In this document: one piece after another, positions 17,856 to 27,646 of the stretch
How the letters are laid out: each line of letters opens with the position of its first letter
Position numbering within the stretch: the first letter of the stretch is position 1
The notes under the pieces: model-generated
What the model was told of the DNA's origin: nothing
Seen by the model: the letters and a program-made list of their open reading frames with translations, nothing else
Database searches by the model: none
IMG/VR virus record: IMGVR_UViG_2788500234_000002
Location: 4,410 to 68,409 of that record
Length of the DNA stretch: 64,000 nucleotides
Source: a virus
Lineage: Duplodnaviria > Caudoviricetes
Reading direction: 5' to 3' (one strand)
Made by a program: the position numbers and the translations under genes

Positions 17856-19319
17856 ATGCCAATTGACGAAATTTTCAAGAAAGCAACGGCAAATGATGTG
17901 ATTTCGGAATTGAAGTCTTGCCGTTTCATTCCACAACCTGATGTGGAGAGTGCAGAAAAGGCACTTAACCCCAAGTTGCATGATATTAACGACCCGGTTA
18001 TTCGCAAGGATAAACGGGTAAAGATTGATGCCGACGATGAAGCGGAATCGGCGCAAAAGATTATCACGGTGGATGGCGAAAGTACCAATTACAGAACGGA
18101 AAAGGTTGCAAGAATTGCCCTTGCCATTCAAAGGTTGATAATAAACCGTGCCGTGTCTTTCTGTTTCGGCAACCCTATCAATTACAATGCGACCCCATCC
18201 AATAACAATGAAGCGGCGATTGTCTTTGCCTTGAACCGCATATTGTATGATGTCAAAAGCACTTCTTTGAACCGCAAAATCGGTCGTTCCATTTTCGGTT
18301 ACAAGGAATGTGCGGAGTATTGGTACACGGTAGATAAGCCCAATTCCAAATATGGCTTCAAGTCGAAACACAAGTTGCGTTGTGCCTTGTTTTCGCCCGC
18401 TTATGGTGATACCCTTTACCCCTATTTTGACGAAACGGGCGACATGGTAGCCTTTTCACGGTCTTTCAGCCGAAAGGATGCCGGGGAAAATGCCGTTGAT
18501 TATTTTGAAACATTCACAGACAAAGAACATTGGTTGTGGATTAATGGGAAAAATGGCTATGAAGCCGCACCGGGCTATCCAAAGCCTATCACGATAGGCA
18601 AAATCCCCGTGATTTACGGACACCAACCCAAGTTTGAAACGGAAGATGTGGATAAACTGATTGACCGTTTGGAAACCTTGTTGTCGAACTTTGCCGACAC
18701 AAACGACTATCACGCAAGCCCCAAGATATTCACAACGGGCATAATCAAAGGATGGGCAAAGAAAGGCGAAAGCGGTGCAGTCATTGAGGGTGAAGATGGT
18801 GCAACCATGCAATATGTGTCTTGGCAGTCAGCCCCGGAAGCCGTCAAGTTGGAGATTGAAACCCTTTTGAAGATGATTTATACAATCACCCAAACGCCGG
18901 ATATTTCGTTTGATTCAGTCAAGGGGCTTGGGGCTATAAGCGGCATTGCATTGAAGTTGCTTTTCATGGATGCCCACCTAAAAGTTCAAGACAAACGGGA
19001 AATCTTCGATGATTATTTGCAACGCCGTGTGAATGTCATTCTTGCCTATATCGGCAAGATGAACAACGCATTGGAAACGGATTGTGAAACAATTGCCATT
19101 GAACCCGAAATTGTGCCGTATATGCTTACAAGTGAGATTGACGAATTAAACTATTGGCTTACGGCTAATGGCAACAAGCCCGTCATATCGCAAGAAGAAT
19201 CGGTCGAGAAAGCCGGACTTTCAAGCAATGTTGAATTGACCATGCAGAAGTTGAAAGACCAAGCGACAACCGAAAATTCATTCATAATCGGCGAACCACA
19301 ACTTGAAATGGATGCGTGA
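17856..19319 (+). CDS. Portal protein (SPP1 gp6-like)
   Basis: 487 aa after terL; SFCFGNPI, LIDRLETLLSNFAD, TQTPD, SGIALKLLF. Confidence 0.9.
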   Translation: MPIDEIFKKATANDVISELKSCRFIPQPDVESAEKALNPKLHDINDPVIRKDKRVKIDADDEAESAQKIITVDGESTNYRTEKVARIALAIQRLIINRAVSFCFGNPINYNATPSNNNEAAIVFALNRILYDVKSTSLNRKIGRSIFGYKECAEYWYTVDKPNSKYGFKSKHKLRCALFSPAYGDTLYPYFDETGDMVAFSRSFSRKDAGENAVDYFETFTDKEHWLWINGKNGYEAAPGYPKPITIGKIPVIYGHQPKFETEDVDKLIDRLETLLSNFADTNDYHASPKIFTTGIIKGWAKKGESGAVIEGEDGATMQYVSWQSAPEAVKLEIETLLKMIYTITQTPDISFDSVKGLGAISGIALKLLFMDAHLKVQDKREIFDDYLQRRVNVILAYIGKMNNALETDCETIAIEPEIVPYMLTSEIDELNYWLTANGNKPVISQEESVEKAGLSSNVELTMQKLKDQATTENSFIIGEPQLEMDA

Positions 19320-19507
19320 TGAAAAGGAAAGTCATTGAAACGCCAAAATATCAATGCCGGGATTGTGCGCATTCATGTGATTGGCACGAAAAGAATTGGA
19401 AAGGTGAATTGTTCATGTGCAAATGCCCTTTCCACAAAGAGGGGAAATATAGCAAGTTCTTGTCAGACCCTCAATGCGAACACTTCAAATTAAGGGGCAA
19501 TGGCTAA
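19316..19507 (+). CDS. Small Cys-rich protein
   Basis: 63 aa; CRDC..CKC..CEHF. Confidence 0.6.
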   Translation: MMKRKVIETPKYQCRDCAHSCDWHEKNWKGELFMCKCPFHKEGKYSKFLSDPQCEHFKLRGNG

Positions 19508-21911
19508 AAGGCAGAAAGTAAAGCGATTTTCGGTGCAGACATTCGATGCCGCACATTACAGGCAAACGGAGCAATACACGCAAGCCGTTGATGCTTTGTT
19601 TGACAAGGCGACCGCCGAAATAGCAAGGGCGGCGGCAAAGGGCAAATATGACCCCGACAAGCCGTTTTCTTTCGATGATTACCCAAGTGTCAAGGCGGTT
19701 ATGCAAAGTGTCACCAAGCAACTTGCAAGCCGCATTACAACGGTCATTGAAACGGGGTCAAAGAAGCAATGGTTGTTTGCTTGCAGCAAGAATGATGGCT
19801 TCATTTCCTCAATACTTGATACATCCAAGTTGAGCAAGGCGCAATTGAAAAAGATGCAAGACCAAAATTTGGATGCCTTGAAAACCTTTCAGGGGCGCAA
19901 GGTTGAGGGAATGAACCTTTCACAACGTATTTGGAAGTATGTTGGGCAATACCGTGAACAACTTGAAGCCGCCCTTGATGCCGGGTTGGGTGAGGGTCGA
20001 AGTGCGGCACAACTTTCACGGGATGTCCGGCAGAACCTGAAAGACCCCAACCGATTGTTCCGCCGTGTGCGTGACAAGCGGGGCAACCTTGTGTTGTCAA
20101 AGGCTGCAAGGGCATTCCACCCCGGACGTGGTGTTTACAGGTCAAGCGCAAAGAATGCCGCCCGGCTTACACGGTCTGAAATCAATATGGCATACCGTGA
20201 AAGCGATTATTTGCGTTGGCAAAGCCTTGATTTTGTCGTGGGGTTTGAGGTCAAAAGGTCAAACCATGAACCCTTGTGCAAGTGTGACATTTGCGAGAAG
20301 CTAAAAGGGCGTTATCCAAAGCATTTCAAGTTCAAGGGCTGGCACCCGCAATGTATGTGTTACGCCGTGCCAATCCTGATGGATGAAGAAACCTTTGATG
20401 AAAATGAGTTGGGCGACCTCAAAGCGGCATTGCGTGGCACTCAATACAAGCGTTTGGAAGCAAAGAATGTCGTTGTCGATGTGCCGGACGGCTTCAAAGA
20501 GTGGGTCAAGGAACATGAAGAAGCGCAAGCAAATTGGAGTTCCACGCCTTATTTCATCAAAGACAACTTCACGGACGGCAAGTTATCCAAAGGGTTGAAC
20601 TTTGAAACCAAGAAGCAAATTGACCCGGTACAACAGCAGCTTAACGCCCTTATGCCACAAATCACCCAAGCAAGGATGTTGGCAAGCAAGTGGGGCTTGA
20701 CCGTTCAATTGCAAATGCTTGACAAGTATGTTGCCGAAAAGGATATTGTAAGAATACCCAACCGAATTGCGACCATTCAACAGAAAGCGGCAGAAATTCA
20801 ACAAAAGGATGCGGATATTCGTGCCAAGTGCAGCGAATGGGGCTTGAATACATACATTCTTGACGATGCAATGAAAACGCCTGATTCAAGCAACATCTTA
20901 CGGGCGATTGACGAATTGGAAAAACGTGTTGAAAATGCCAAGCAAGAATATAAGGCATTCATCAATGATGCTAATGAAGCGGTCAAAGAAGCCCGGAAGT
21001 ACAAGATTGACGTTTCCGATATGCTGCAATTGATTGCCACCATTACAGGCGACAAACGGGAATGGATTATGTCAAAGGCTTCATGCAAAGACACATTGGT
21101 TAAATTCCAACAGGAAATCCAAAAGGCAGTTGATGCAGCCAAAGGCAAAAGTGGCAAGGATATTCCACATAGAGCCGTTAAGACCGACTATAAGACGGAT
21201 GCGGATGTTGATGAAACTTTCAAATCCATCAATGCAGAATTTACAACCGACAAATGGTTTGCTAATGGTGATTTGAAGTTGTCGCCTACAACCCGGCGTG
21301 GCGTTAATGGTGACACATACATGGATGGTCGGATAAGGCTTACCCCCGACAGATTGCAGCGTGTTAAGTCGGCATTGGCTAAAATCGGGCAAGGCAAGTC
21401 GGACACCATAACAGACCTTGAAGCCGATGCAATGGCGACATTATGGCATGAGATTACCCACAACCGCAATGTTCCGGGAAATATGTACACAACAAGCATT
21501 CAAACCGATGTGATGGAAATGATGAATGAATTTGTGGCAAGAAAGACTTTGCCGGAATTTTATTCTAAATTGGGTTGTGCCAAGACACCACAACCACAAT
21601 TTATCAACAATCGAGATTCAACGGGCTACAATCGCCGTGTGCTTGGGTATGATTTCGTTATTCAAAAACTTGGTCTTGACCCTGACAAGGTGTTACAATC
21701 GGCAAAAAAGAATCTGTTTGCATTGAAGTATTCAGAGCAAGAAACAACGGCAATCCAAGCATTATTGGATGGCGGACTTGACACATTCAAGGGTGCTAAT
21801 GGCAAAAAGATAGGCAAGGCACAATTGAAGAAGATTGTTGCGATGTGTCGGAGAGGTGCAAGCACAACAACCATAGAAAACTACCTTAAAAATGAGGGAA
21901 TTATAAAGTAA
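19500..21911 (+). CDS. MuF (SPP1 gp7-like) minor head protein with C-terminal HExxH domain
   Basis: LSQRIW, ARLTRSEINMAY, CDIC..WHPQCMC MuF core; coiled linker; C-terminal WHEITH (21447-21461) and MMNE. Confidence 0.8.
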   Translation: MAKRQKVKRFSVQTFDAAHYRQTEQYTQAVDALFDKATAEIARAAAKGKYDPDKPFSFDDYPSVKAVMQSVTKQLASRITTVIETGSKKQWLFACSKNDGFISSILDTSKLSKAQLKKMQDQNLDALKTFQGRKVEGMNLSQRIWKYVGQYREQLEAALDAGLGEGRSAAQLSRDVRQNLKDPNRLFRRVRDKRGNLVLSKAARAFHPGRGVYRSSAKNAARLTRSEINMAYRESDYLRWQSLDFVVGFEVKRSNHEPLCKCDICEKLKGRYPKHFKFKGWHPQCMCYAVPILMDEETFDENELGDLKAALRGTQYKRLEAKNVVVDVPDGFKEWVKEHEEAQANWSSTPYFIKDNFTDGKLSKGLNFETKKQIDPVQQQLNALMPQITQARMLASKWGLTVQLQMLDKYVAEKDIVRIPNRIATIQQKAAEIQQKDADIRAKCSEWGLNTYILDDAMKTPDSSNILRAIDELEKRVENAKQEYKAFINDANEAVKEARKYKIDVSDMLQLIATITGDKREWIMSKASCKDTLVKFQQEIQKAVDAAKGKSGKDIPHRAVKTDYKTDADVDETFKSINAEFTTDKWFANGDLKLSPTTRRGVNGDTYMDGRIRLTPDRLQRVKSALAKIGQGKSDTITDLEADAMATLWHEITHNRNVPGNMYTTSIQTDVMEMMNEFVARKTLPEFYSKLGCAKTPQPQFINNRDSTGYNRRVLGYDFVIQKLGLDPDKVLQSAKKNLFALKYSEQETTAIQALLDGGLDTFKGANGKKIGKAQLKKIVAMCRRGASTTTIENYLKNEGIIK

Positions 21912-21920
21912 TTTTGCATT

Positions 21921-22175
21921 ATGAACCATTCAAATAACAACATTATGGATTATTCAAACTTAAAAAACAAGACGATTTATGATTTCTGCAATGATGAAAG
22001 CATAATCAATGATTTGGTCGTGTCAAAGGAAGATTTCTTTCGTGACTTGGAAGAATACCCCCTACTTAATGCCCACGTCTTGATTGAGTATGCAGAAATG
22101 ACCAACAATGATGAATTGTTGCAAGCCGTGCAAAGTCAGTATAAGGCGGAACTTGAAGCGGAAAACAACGAATGA
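21921..22175 (+). CDS. Small acidic protein, candidate immunity partner of MuF C-terminal domain
   Basis: 84 aa, 9 bp after MuF stop, followed by terminator. Confidence 0.6.
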   Translation: MNHSNNNIMDYSNLKNKTIYDFCNDESIINDLVVSKEDFFRDLEEYPLLNAHVLIEYAEMTNNDELLQAVQSQYKAELEAENNE

Positions 22176-22213
22176 AAGGGAAAGGGGCATTAAGCCCCAA
22201 TCCCTTTTATTTT
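22175..22213. terminator. Bidirectional intrinsic terminator
   Basis: AAAGGGA..GGGGC-ATTAA-GCCCC..TCCCTTTT between convergent genes. Confidence 0.7.
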
Positions 22214-22434
22214 GGCGGTTTGCGGTTGGTTTTCTTTCGGTGTATTATGCCCCGATAGATGATGCACTTGTCATTCCGATACGGCTTGTTTTCGGAAATT
22301 CCGAAAGACCACAACCGTGACTTTGACACGCCCAATTCAACAGGCGTAAACTTGTCGAATATGGCGGTGATAGACCCGAAATAATGATGGTCATTGTCGC
22401 CAAAGCAAACATGGTATATCGTATTTCCATTCAT
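22207..22434 (-). CDS. Hypothetical protein
   Basis: 75 aa; last gene of leftward cassette, overlaps upstream gene by 4 nt. Confidence 0.65.
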   Translation of the reverse strand: MNGNTIYHVCFGDNDHHYFGSITAIFDKFTPVELGVSKSRLWSFGISENKPYRNDKCIIYRGIIHRKKTNRKPPK

Positions 22435-22775
22435 TGTTGTGGTTTGCTTATGATGGCGTTAATCTTTTCCATTTCATCAATAGTCAATGAATCTATGTTT
22501 TGATACGACTTGAAGAATTTACAAATCTTGTTTCGTAGTGAATTGCGGTGTTGTTCCATTTTGAAATCCTCAATATCTTTTTCGGTAGCCAATCGGCAAT
22601 GTCTATAAACGTCACCGACCATTGAACCATCTTTTTTGCGAAAGCGATATGACCGAACTTCAAATTGCTTTGGTGTTACCCTTGTGACTTTATCAATAAT
22701 TGTGGAACAATATATGCCACCCATTGAAAAAATAACGGTATCACCGACCTTGATGTTTTCTAAATTTTGTTTCAT
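22431..22775 (-). CDS. Hypothetical protein
   Basis: 114 aa in leftward cassette. Confidence 0.7.
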   Translation of the reverse strand: MKQNLENIKVGDTVIFSMGGIYCSTIIDKVTRVTPKQFEVRSYRFRKKDGSMVGDVYRHCRLATEKDIEDFKMEQHRNSLRNKICKFFKSYQNIDSLTIDEMEKINAIISKPQQ

Positions 22776-22776
22776 A

Positions 22777-23322
22777 TCACTTCAAATTAAAATCGAACCA
22801 TTCACGGGGCGAATTAACCGCCGCTTTCTTGACTTGCCGATAAAAGGCTTTATTCATCTTGCGCAGCCGTGCCAAGTATTCGTGCGGATGCCAACGGAAG
22901 TTGGGCATTACCTCATTGTTTGCGCCGTAAATACCGCCTTGTTTCGGCTCAAAATGGGCAAAGGCAACCAAATGCCCATCCTTGACGAAAACAACGTCTT
23001 TGACGGCTTTATTTTTCAATGTAAATGCCTTGCATCCGTTGTAATACTCAACAATCTTGCGTTGTTGTTCCATTGCAGCTTTGATGTTTTCCGCTTTCTT
23101 GCGCCGGAACGCCCACATATTTTGGGCGACCTTGTGCCGATATTCTGCAACATTGATGGGGGCTTTCCCGGTCGCCATGTCATAAGGCAGCAATCCGACA
23201 GCAAACATCCGTACCGCACGGGCGAAATTCTCTTTGTCAATGACCTTTTCGTGAAGTTCTTTCACAAAATCCACCGTCAAGCCATATTTGCTTGCGAGTG
23301 CTTCAAAATTTATCTTTTCCAT
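22777..23322 (-). CDS. Hypothetical protein
   Basis: 181 aa in leftward cassette. Confidence 0.7.
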   Translation of the reverse strand: MEKINFEALASKYGLTVDFVKELHEKVIDKENFARAVRMFAVGLLPYDMATGKAPINVAEYRHKVAQNMWAFRRKKAENIKAAMEQQRKIVEYYNGCKAFTLKNKAVKDVVFVKDGHLVAFAHFEPKQGGIYGANNEVMPNFRWHPHEYLARLRKMNKAFYRQVKKAAVNSPREWFDFNLK

Positions 23323-23338
23323 TTTGATTATATTGATG

Positions 23339-23527
23339 TTAATCTATTACTTGGGGTATTGTTTCATAATCTTTGGGGGTCGCTGGTGCAATGTCAATCC
23401 ATCCAATCCCGATGTATTGTTTAACCATTCCGTTAAGAATTACTTTGCAATCCGCTTTAACAACACATTCAGGCGGATTTACAGACATTTTTACTTTGTT
23501 GAGTTCAGAAAGTTTTATGGTTATCAT
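23339..23527 (-). CDS. Small hypothetical protein
   Basis: 62 aa from MITIKLSEL; overlaps end of PAPS-reductase-like gene. Confidence 0.55.
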   Translation of the reverse strand: MITIKLSELNKVKMSVNPPECVVKADCKVILNGMVKQYIGIGWIDIAPATPKDYETIPQVID

Positions 23528-24406
23528 AATTAAAAAGATTTTGTTGATTACGTTTGTTGGAAAGCCAATCGGCGGCATTTTCATTTGAAATCCACCATTC
23601 AAAGACTTGTTCGGGTGAATCGAAGTTTGAATAATTCCCGGTTTGCGCCATTAGTTCACGTATTGCCCTTATATAAACCTTTTCGGCAAAGCGTGGGAAC
23701 AATTCAAGTTCTTTTCTTTTCTCTTTGACGGATGCCATTGGGCAAAACATACATCCGATGCGATGAAACCCCATGTCGTACAAATCACAATACGGCATAT
23801 TATTTCCCTTGATGAAATCCCAAACATCCTTGTCTGACCATTCAAATATGGGCGAAATAACCACTTTGTCTTTTCCATTTACGCAATAGATTTTCGTTTT
23901 GGTATCTGTTTCAAAAAGTTGTTCGCCGCCCTTGATTGTATGCAATTGTCCGTCATGTATTTCATAACCGATACGTTGCCCCAATACTTCTACATTGTGC
24001 CGCTTTGCCCGTCGGCTTGATTCGGCTTTGCGTATGCCCAAGCAAGTACACGTACCCCCCCCGCTTGTTCTTTTAGGAACGCACAACAAAACCTTGCTTG
24101 TCGTGTCGGCAACATTTTCTTCTTCAAAATTAGTTGGCGCATATTCAGTTTGGGCAAGTTCAAACGGACTTGCGGATAATTGGTGCGTACAAACTTCATC
24201 AAATTGGGAGAATCAACGGTTGTGACTTGCATTTCCGCATGATGCTTGACACCTGACATTTCGACAAGGGCAAGCAATACTTGTGAATCCTTGCCGCCGG
24301 AAAAGGCGACATGGAAGCCATTTTCATTCATCCGCAATGCGAGTTTTTCAGCATTACGGATGAATTTTATTGCCTTTCGTTCAAGTTCAATCAAACGATT
24401 ATTCAT
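23505..24406 (-). pseudogene. PAPS-reductase-family gene frameshifted at a G8 tract
   Basis: 5' part VAFSGGKDS..RFCCAFLKEQAGG and 3' part GTCTCLGIRKAES..SPIFEW..GFHRIGCMFCP in different frames joined at C8 24055-24062; one extra G gives a 300-aa ORF. Confidence 0.85.
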
Positions 24407-24412
24407 TGGTTG

Positions 24413-24429
24413 TGTATTATAGTAAAACA
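24413..24429. promoter_or_regulatory. 17-bp operator-like palindrome copy 5 (TGTATTATAGTAAAACA)
   Basis: Just upstream of the PAPS-reductase-like start (minus strand). Confidence 0.65.
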
Positions 24430-24436
24430 CTTAAAA

Positions 24437-24697
24437 TCAAAACAAAGTCCATCTTGTTTCAAAAGAACACCGTTCAACTTCATTGTGCCTGACGTATTCG
24501 CCACACTCTATGAGTTTGGGAATGTATGCTTTGGGAATAATGACCCCAAAGCCTTTGCCCTTTTCGGGATAGACACTAATACATGAGCCACACCCCTTGA
24601 TATACCCTATCTTGAAGTAATCACTTGAACCATTCCATCCATCATAATACGAAAGGACTTTGCCGATAAGTGCTTGTTTTATTTCCTTGATTAACAT
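24437..24697 (-). CDS. Hypothetical protein
   Basis: 86 aa in leftward cassette. Confidence 0.65.
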   Translation of the reverse strand: MLIKEIKQALIGKVLSYYDGWNGSSDYFKIGYIKGCGSCISVYPEKGKGFGVIIPKAYIPKLIECGEYVRHNEVERCSFETRWTLF

Positions 24698-24708
24698 TGT
24701 TGCAGGAT

Positions 24709-24969
24709 TTAGAGTTGGTAAATGTTGATAGTGGTGTTATCATCTTCAAAAGAAAGTGTATAAGTGGGTTTGATGCCCGTTCTATCCATGAAAGGCATAG
24801 AAGAATCCGGGCTAACATACACATACACAAATTGCCCTTGAAGTGCGAAAGATTCTTTTGAGCCGAAATAGGCTTGTGTGTCGGCAATGTCTTGGCAAAG
24901 CCCCCATGTTGAATTGTCGATGCCCTCACGATTGATTGCATCAAACAGATTGAAAATTAATTGTTCCAT
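24709..24969 (-). CDS. Hypothetical protein
   Basis: 86 aa from MEQLIFNLF; first gene of leftward cassette. Confidence 0.65.
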   Translation of the reverse strand: MEQLIFNLFDAINREGIDNSTWGLCQDIADTQAYFGSKESFALQGQFVYVYVSPDSSMPFMDRTGIKPTYTLSFEDDNTTINIYQL

Positions 24970-24996
24970 TGTTGCGTAATTTTTAATGTTGCATTG

Positions 24997-25047
24997 TGTT
25001 TTATAGTAACACACCGCAAAAGTAATGATTATATTTAATAAAACAAG
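24997..25047 (-). promoter_or_regulatory. Leftward promoter (TACTTTTG -7 at 25017-25024, CTTG -33 19 nt upstream) with operator copy 6 at 24997-25013
   Basis: Bacteroides-type -7 consensus TAnnTTTG; palindrome TGTTTTATAGTAACACA lies just downstream, over the start site. Confidence 0.6.
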
Positions 25048-25122
25048 CATTCAACCCCAATAAAATGCACTTGCAATGCAAAATGTGGATAAATCAAGGA
25101 TAAGTCAATATGTGTTTTAAGG

Positions 25123-25139
25123 TGTATTATAGTAAAACA
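25123..25139. promoter_or_regulatory. 17-bp operator-like palindrome copy 7 (TGTATTATAGTAAAACA)
   Basis: Upstream of scaffold gene, identical to copy 5. Confidence 0.65.
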
Positions 25140-25185
25140 CATTACTTTTACGCATGATTTGTGAACTTATAAAAAGATTATCGGA

Positions 25186-25878
25186 ATGAAAGAAAGAATT
25201 TTAGCATTACTGATTGCAAAGTTTTCAGGCGTGCGAAAGGACGGTTTGACAGCATTGGCACGTTCACTTGCGTTACAATGCGCAACCGAAGATGAAGCGA
25301 AAGCCCTTGTGGATAAACTCACCGATGCGCAAGTGGGCGAATTTGTCAAGGAGTATCGCGCCGATGTGGATAAGGAAGTGTCCGACAGCAACAAAACCTT
25401 TGAAACGAACTTGAAAAAGAAGTATGACTTCGTGGATAAGGGCAAAAAGGTTGAACCCGGCGACCCAAAGCCCGACCCGAACGATATTTCAGAAGTGGTA
25501 AAAGCAGCCGTTGCGGAAGCCGTCAAGCCGTTTCAAGAAAAGTTGTCAGGCTATGAGCGTGACAACATTGCAAAGTCAAGGCTTCAATCATTGAACGAAA
25601 AGTTGGCGAATTGCAAGGATGAGAATTTCAAGAACCAAACCTTGAAAGACTTTGCCCGCATGAAGTTCGACACGGACGATGACTTCAACGAATACTTGGC
25701 GGAAAAGGAAAAGGACATTGCCACGGCAAATCAAAACAAGGCTGATATTGATTTGAGCAATTCCGGCGGAAGCCCGCTATTCGCCCAAAAGGAAGAAAGC
25801 GGTATTTCAAAAGGTGTTGCCGATTTCATTAACAGCCAAAAGCCCGAAAACAACGTGTTCACGGGCAAAGATGTTTAA
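25186..25878 (+). CDS. Capsid scaffolding protein (probable)
   Basis: 230 aa charged/helical, position before decoration and major capsid genes. Confidence 0.6.
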   Translation: MKERILALLIAKFSGVRKDGLTALARSLALQCATEDEAKALVDKLTDAQVGEFVKEYRADVDKEVSDSNKTFETNLKKKYDFVDKGKKVEPGDPKPDPNDISEVVKAAVAEAVKPFQEKLSGYERDNIAKSRLQSLNEKLANCKDENFKNQTLKDFARMKFDTDDDFNEYLAEKEKDIATANQNKADIDLSNSGGSPLFAQKEESGISKGVADFINSQKPENNVFTGKDV

Positions 25879-25897
25879 CACCTAATTCATCAAAACA

Positions 25898-26464
25898 ATG
25901 GGATTGAGAATTGACCGTAAAAAGGACAACCGTGTTGTGAAGTGTATTCTTCACCGTGTTGCAGATATACCCGGTGGCGTTACCGTCAAGGTCGCAAACT
26001 TGGGTGGCACGGGGTTGTTCGAGGGAACACCCCTTGGCGTTGGTTCTGATGGATTGTTTGAAGTCTGCAAGACCGCACAGATATTGACGGAAGCGATTGC
26101 AACCGCAACCACGTATGAGGTTGCCAAAGGACACCACTTCAAAGTTGGTGACAGGTTCGCAACCGATGCTTGCGATGGTCAGCAGATAACGGCAATTGAC
26201 AAGTCAGACCCGGCAAAGGATGTTATCACCGTTGGAACGACCCTTGGTGCGGTCGTCAAGGCTGGAACTTGTGCGTTTGAATCGAGTGGAGCAAACAAGA
26301 CATTGAAAGTGACCCCGGTTGCAATAGCCGGGTCGAATGAAGATGTCAAGGACGGCGACAACTTGTTTGTAAGTGCATGGGTTATCGGTGTTGTGCGAGA
26401 AGCAACCGCACCCATAGTAAATGCCGCTATCAAGTCGGCATTAAAGACAATCGCTTATGTGTAA
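25898..26464 (+). CDS. Head decoration protein (probable)
   Basis: 188 aa beta-rich, between scaffold and major capsid (lambda D-E-like order). Confidence 0.6.
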   Translation: MGLRIDRKKDNRVVKCILHRVADIPGGVTVKVANLGGTGLFEGTPLGVGSDGLFEVCKTAQILTEAIATATTYEVAKGHHFKVGDRFATDACDGQQITAIDKSDPAKDVITVGTTLGAVVKAGTCAFESSGANKTLKVTPVAIAGSNEDVKDGDNLFVSAWVIGVVREATAPIVNAAIKSALKTIAYV

Positions 26465-26483
26465 CCCCTAAAAGCAAACCGAT

Positions 26484-27590
26484 ATGCAAAAATCATTGAT
26501 GGTTGGGTTGAATGAAAAGGACATGGAAGCCGTAATCCGCACTTACGACCTCAAAGATTACTATTATCCAACCCTTTTCCCACTCAAAGAAACAAATACT
26601 TTGACATGGAAGATGCTTGAAGCGCAATCCGGCTTGAAGATTGCCGCCGACCTTGTGTCAAGGGGTGCGACAATTTCACGCAAGACCCGTGAAGCGATTT
26701 CACGCATTCAGGGCGATATACCAAAAATCGCCATATCACGAGAGAAGAACGAAGATGAATTGACCGAATATGACATAATGGTCGCAATGTCGAGCAGCAA
26801 CCCCGATTTGCGTGCCCTTGTCGAGTTTTGGGCGGAAGATACCAAGTATTGTTGGGATGGCGTTGCAGCCCGTGCGGAATGGATTGCATTGCGCCAAATT
26901 TCGCTTGGAAAGGTCAAGTTCACCAATTCCAACAATGCGGCGGTCGTTACCGAATATGACGTTGATTATCTGATTCCGGCGGAACAGAAGATTGGCGTTG
27001 AAACGGCATACACGAGCGGCACAAGCGCAAAACCGCTTACCAAGGACATTCCAAAAGCGATGAAACTTGGCAAGAAGTTGTTTGGCGCAACGTACAAGTT
27101 CGCATTTATGAATGTTGATACCTTTGAAAAATTCGCTTCACAGGAAGAAGTTTGGAAGAAGTGTTCATCCTACATTCAGAATGCAACGGGAACGCAGGAT
27201 GCGCCCGATTTGGCGACCGTGAACGCATATCTTGCCAAGAAGAAAGAACTTTACCGTGGCTTGCAGATAATCGTGATTGACCAAGAAATCACAATTGAAC
27301 TTGCCGATGGTTCACGCATTACTTCAAATCCGTTTGAAGATGATGTTGTTCTTTTCTCTGAAAGCAAGGTGCTTGGAAACACCTATTGGAAGAAGCCGAT
27401 TGACGCAAAGAAGTTGCCCGGAAGCGTTGCCGAAAAGGTAATGCACGGTCATACGCTGGTCAAGAAGTATTCCAATGAATCGCCCGTTCAGGAAGTCACG
27501 GAGGGAATCGCCAACTTGTTCCCGGCTTGGAATCTTTCAGGTCGAAGCGTGTTGATGCAGACCAATGCGACAACTTGGAATAAGAACTAA
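26484..27590 (+). CDS. Major capsid protein
   Basis: 368 aa, lambda gpE-like size and position; YYYPTLFP, ARAEWIALRQI, TEGIANLFP. Confidence 0.85.
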   Translation: MQKSLMVGLNEKDMEAVIRTYDLKDYYYPTLFPLKETNTLTWKMLEAQSGLKIAADLVSRGATISRKTREAISRIQGDIPKIAISREKNEDELTEYDIMVAMSSSNPDLRALVEFWAEDTKYCWDGVAARAEWIALRQISLGKVKFTNSNNAAVVTEYDVDYLIPAEQKIGVETAYTSGTSAKPLTKDIPKAMKLGKKLFGATYKFAFMNVDTFEKFASQEEVWKKCSSYIQNATGTQDAPDLATVNAYLAKKKELYRGLQIIVIDQEITIELADGSRITSNPFEDDVVLFSESKVLGNTYWKKPIDAKKLPGSVAEKVMHGHTLVKKYSNESPVQEVTEGIANLFPAWNLSGRSVLMQTNATTWNKN

Positions 27591-27595
27591 CATTC

Positions 27596-27626
27596 GCCGT
27601 TGGGGTGCATAACACACCCTAACGGC
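27596..27626 (+). terminator. Hairpin after major capsid gene
   Basis: GCCGTTGGGGTG / CACCCTAACGGC inverted repeat then TTTG. Confidence 0.55.
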
Positions 27627-27646
27627 TTTGCAAGACAAAAAGGAGT

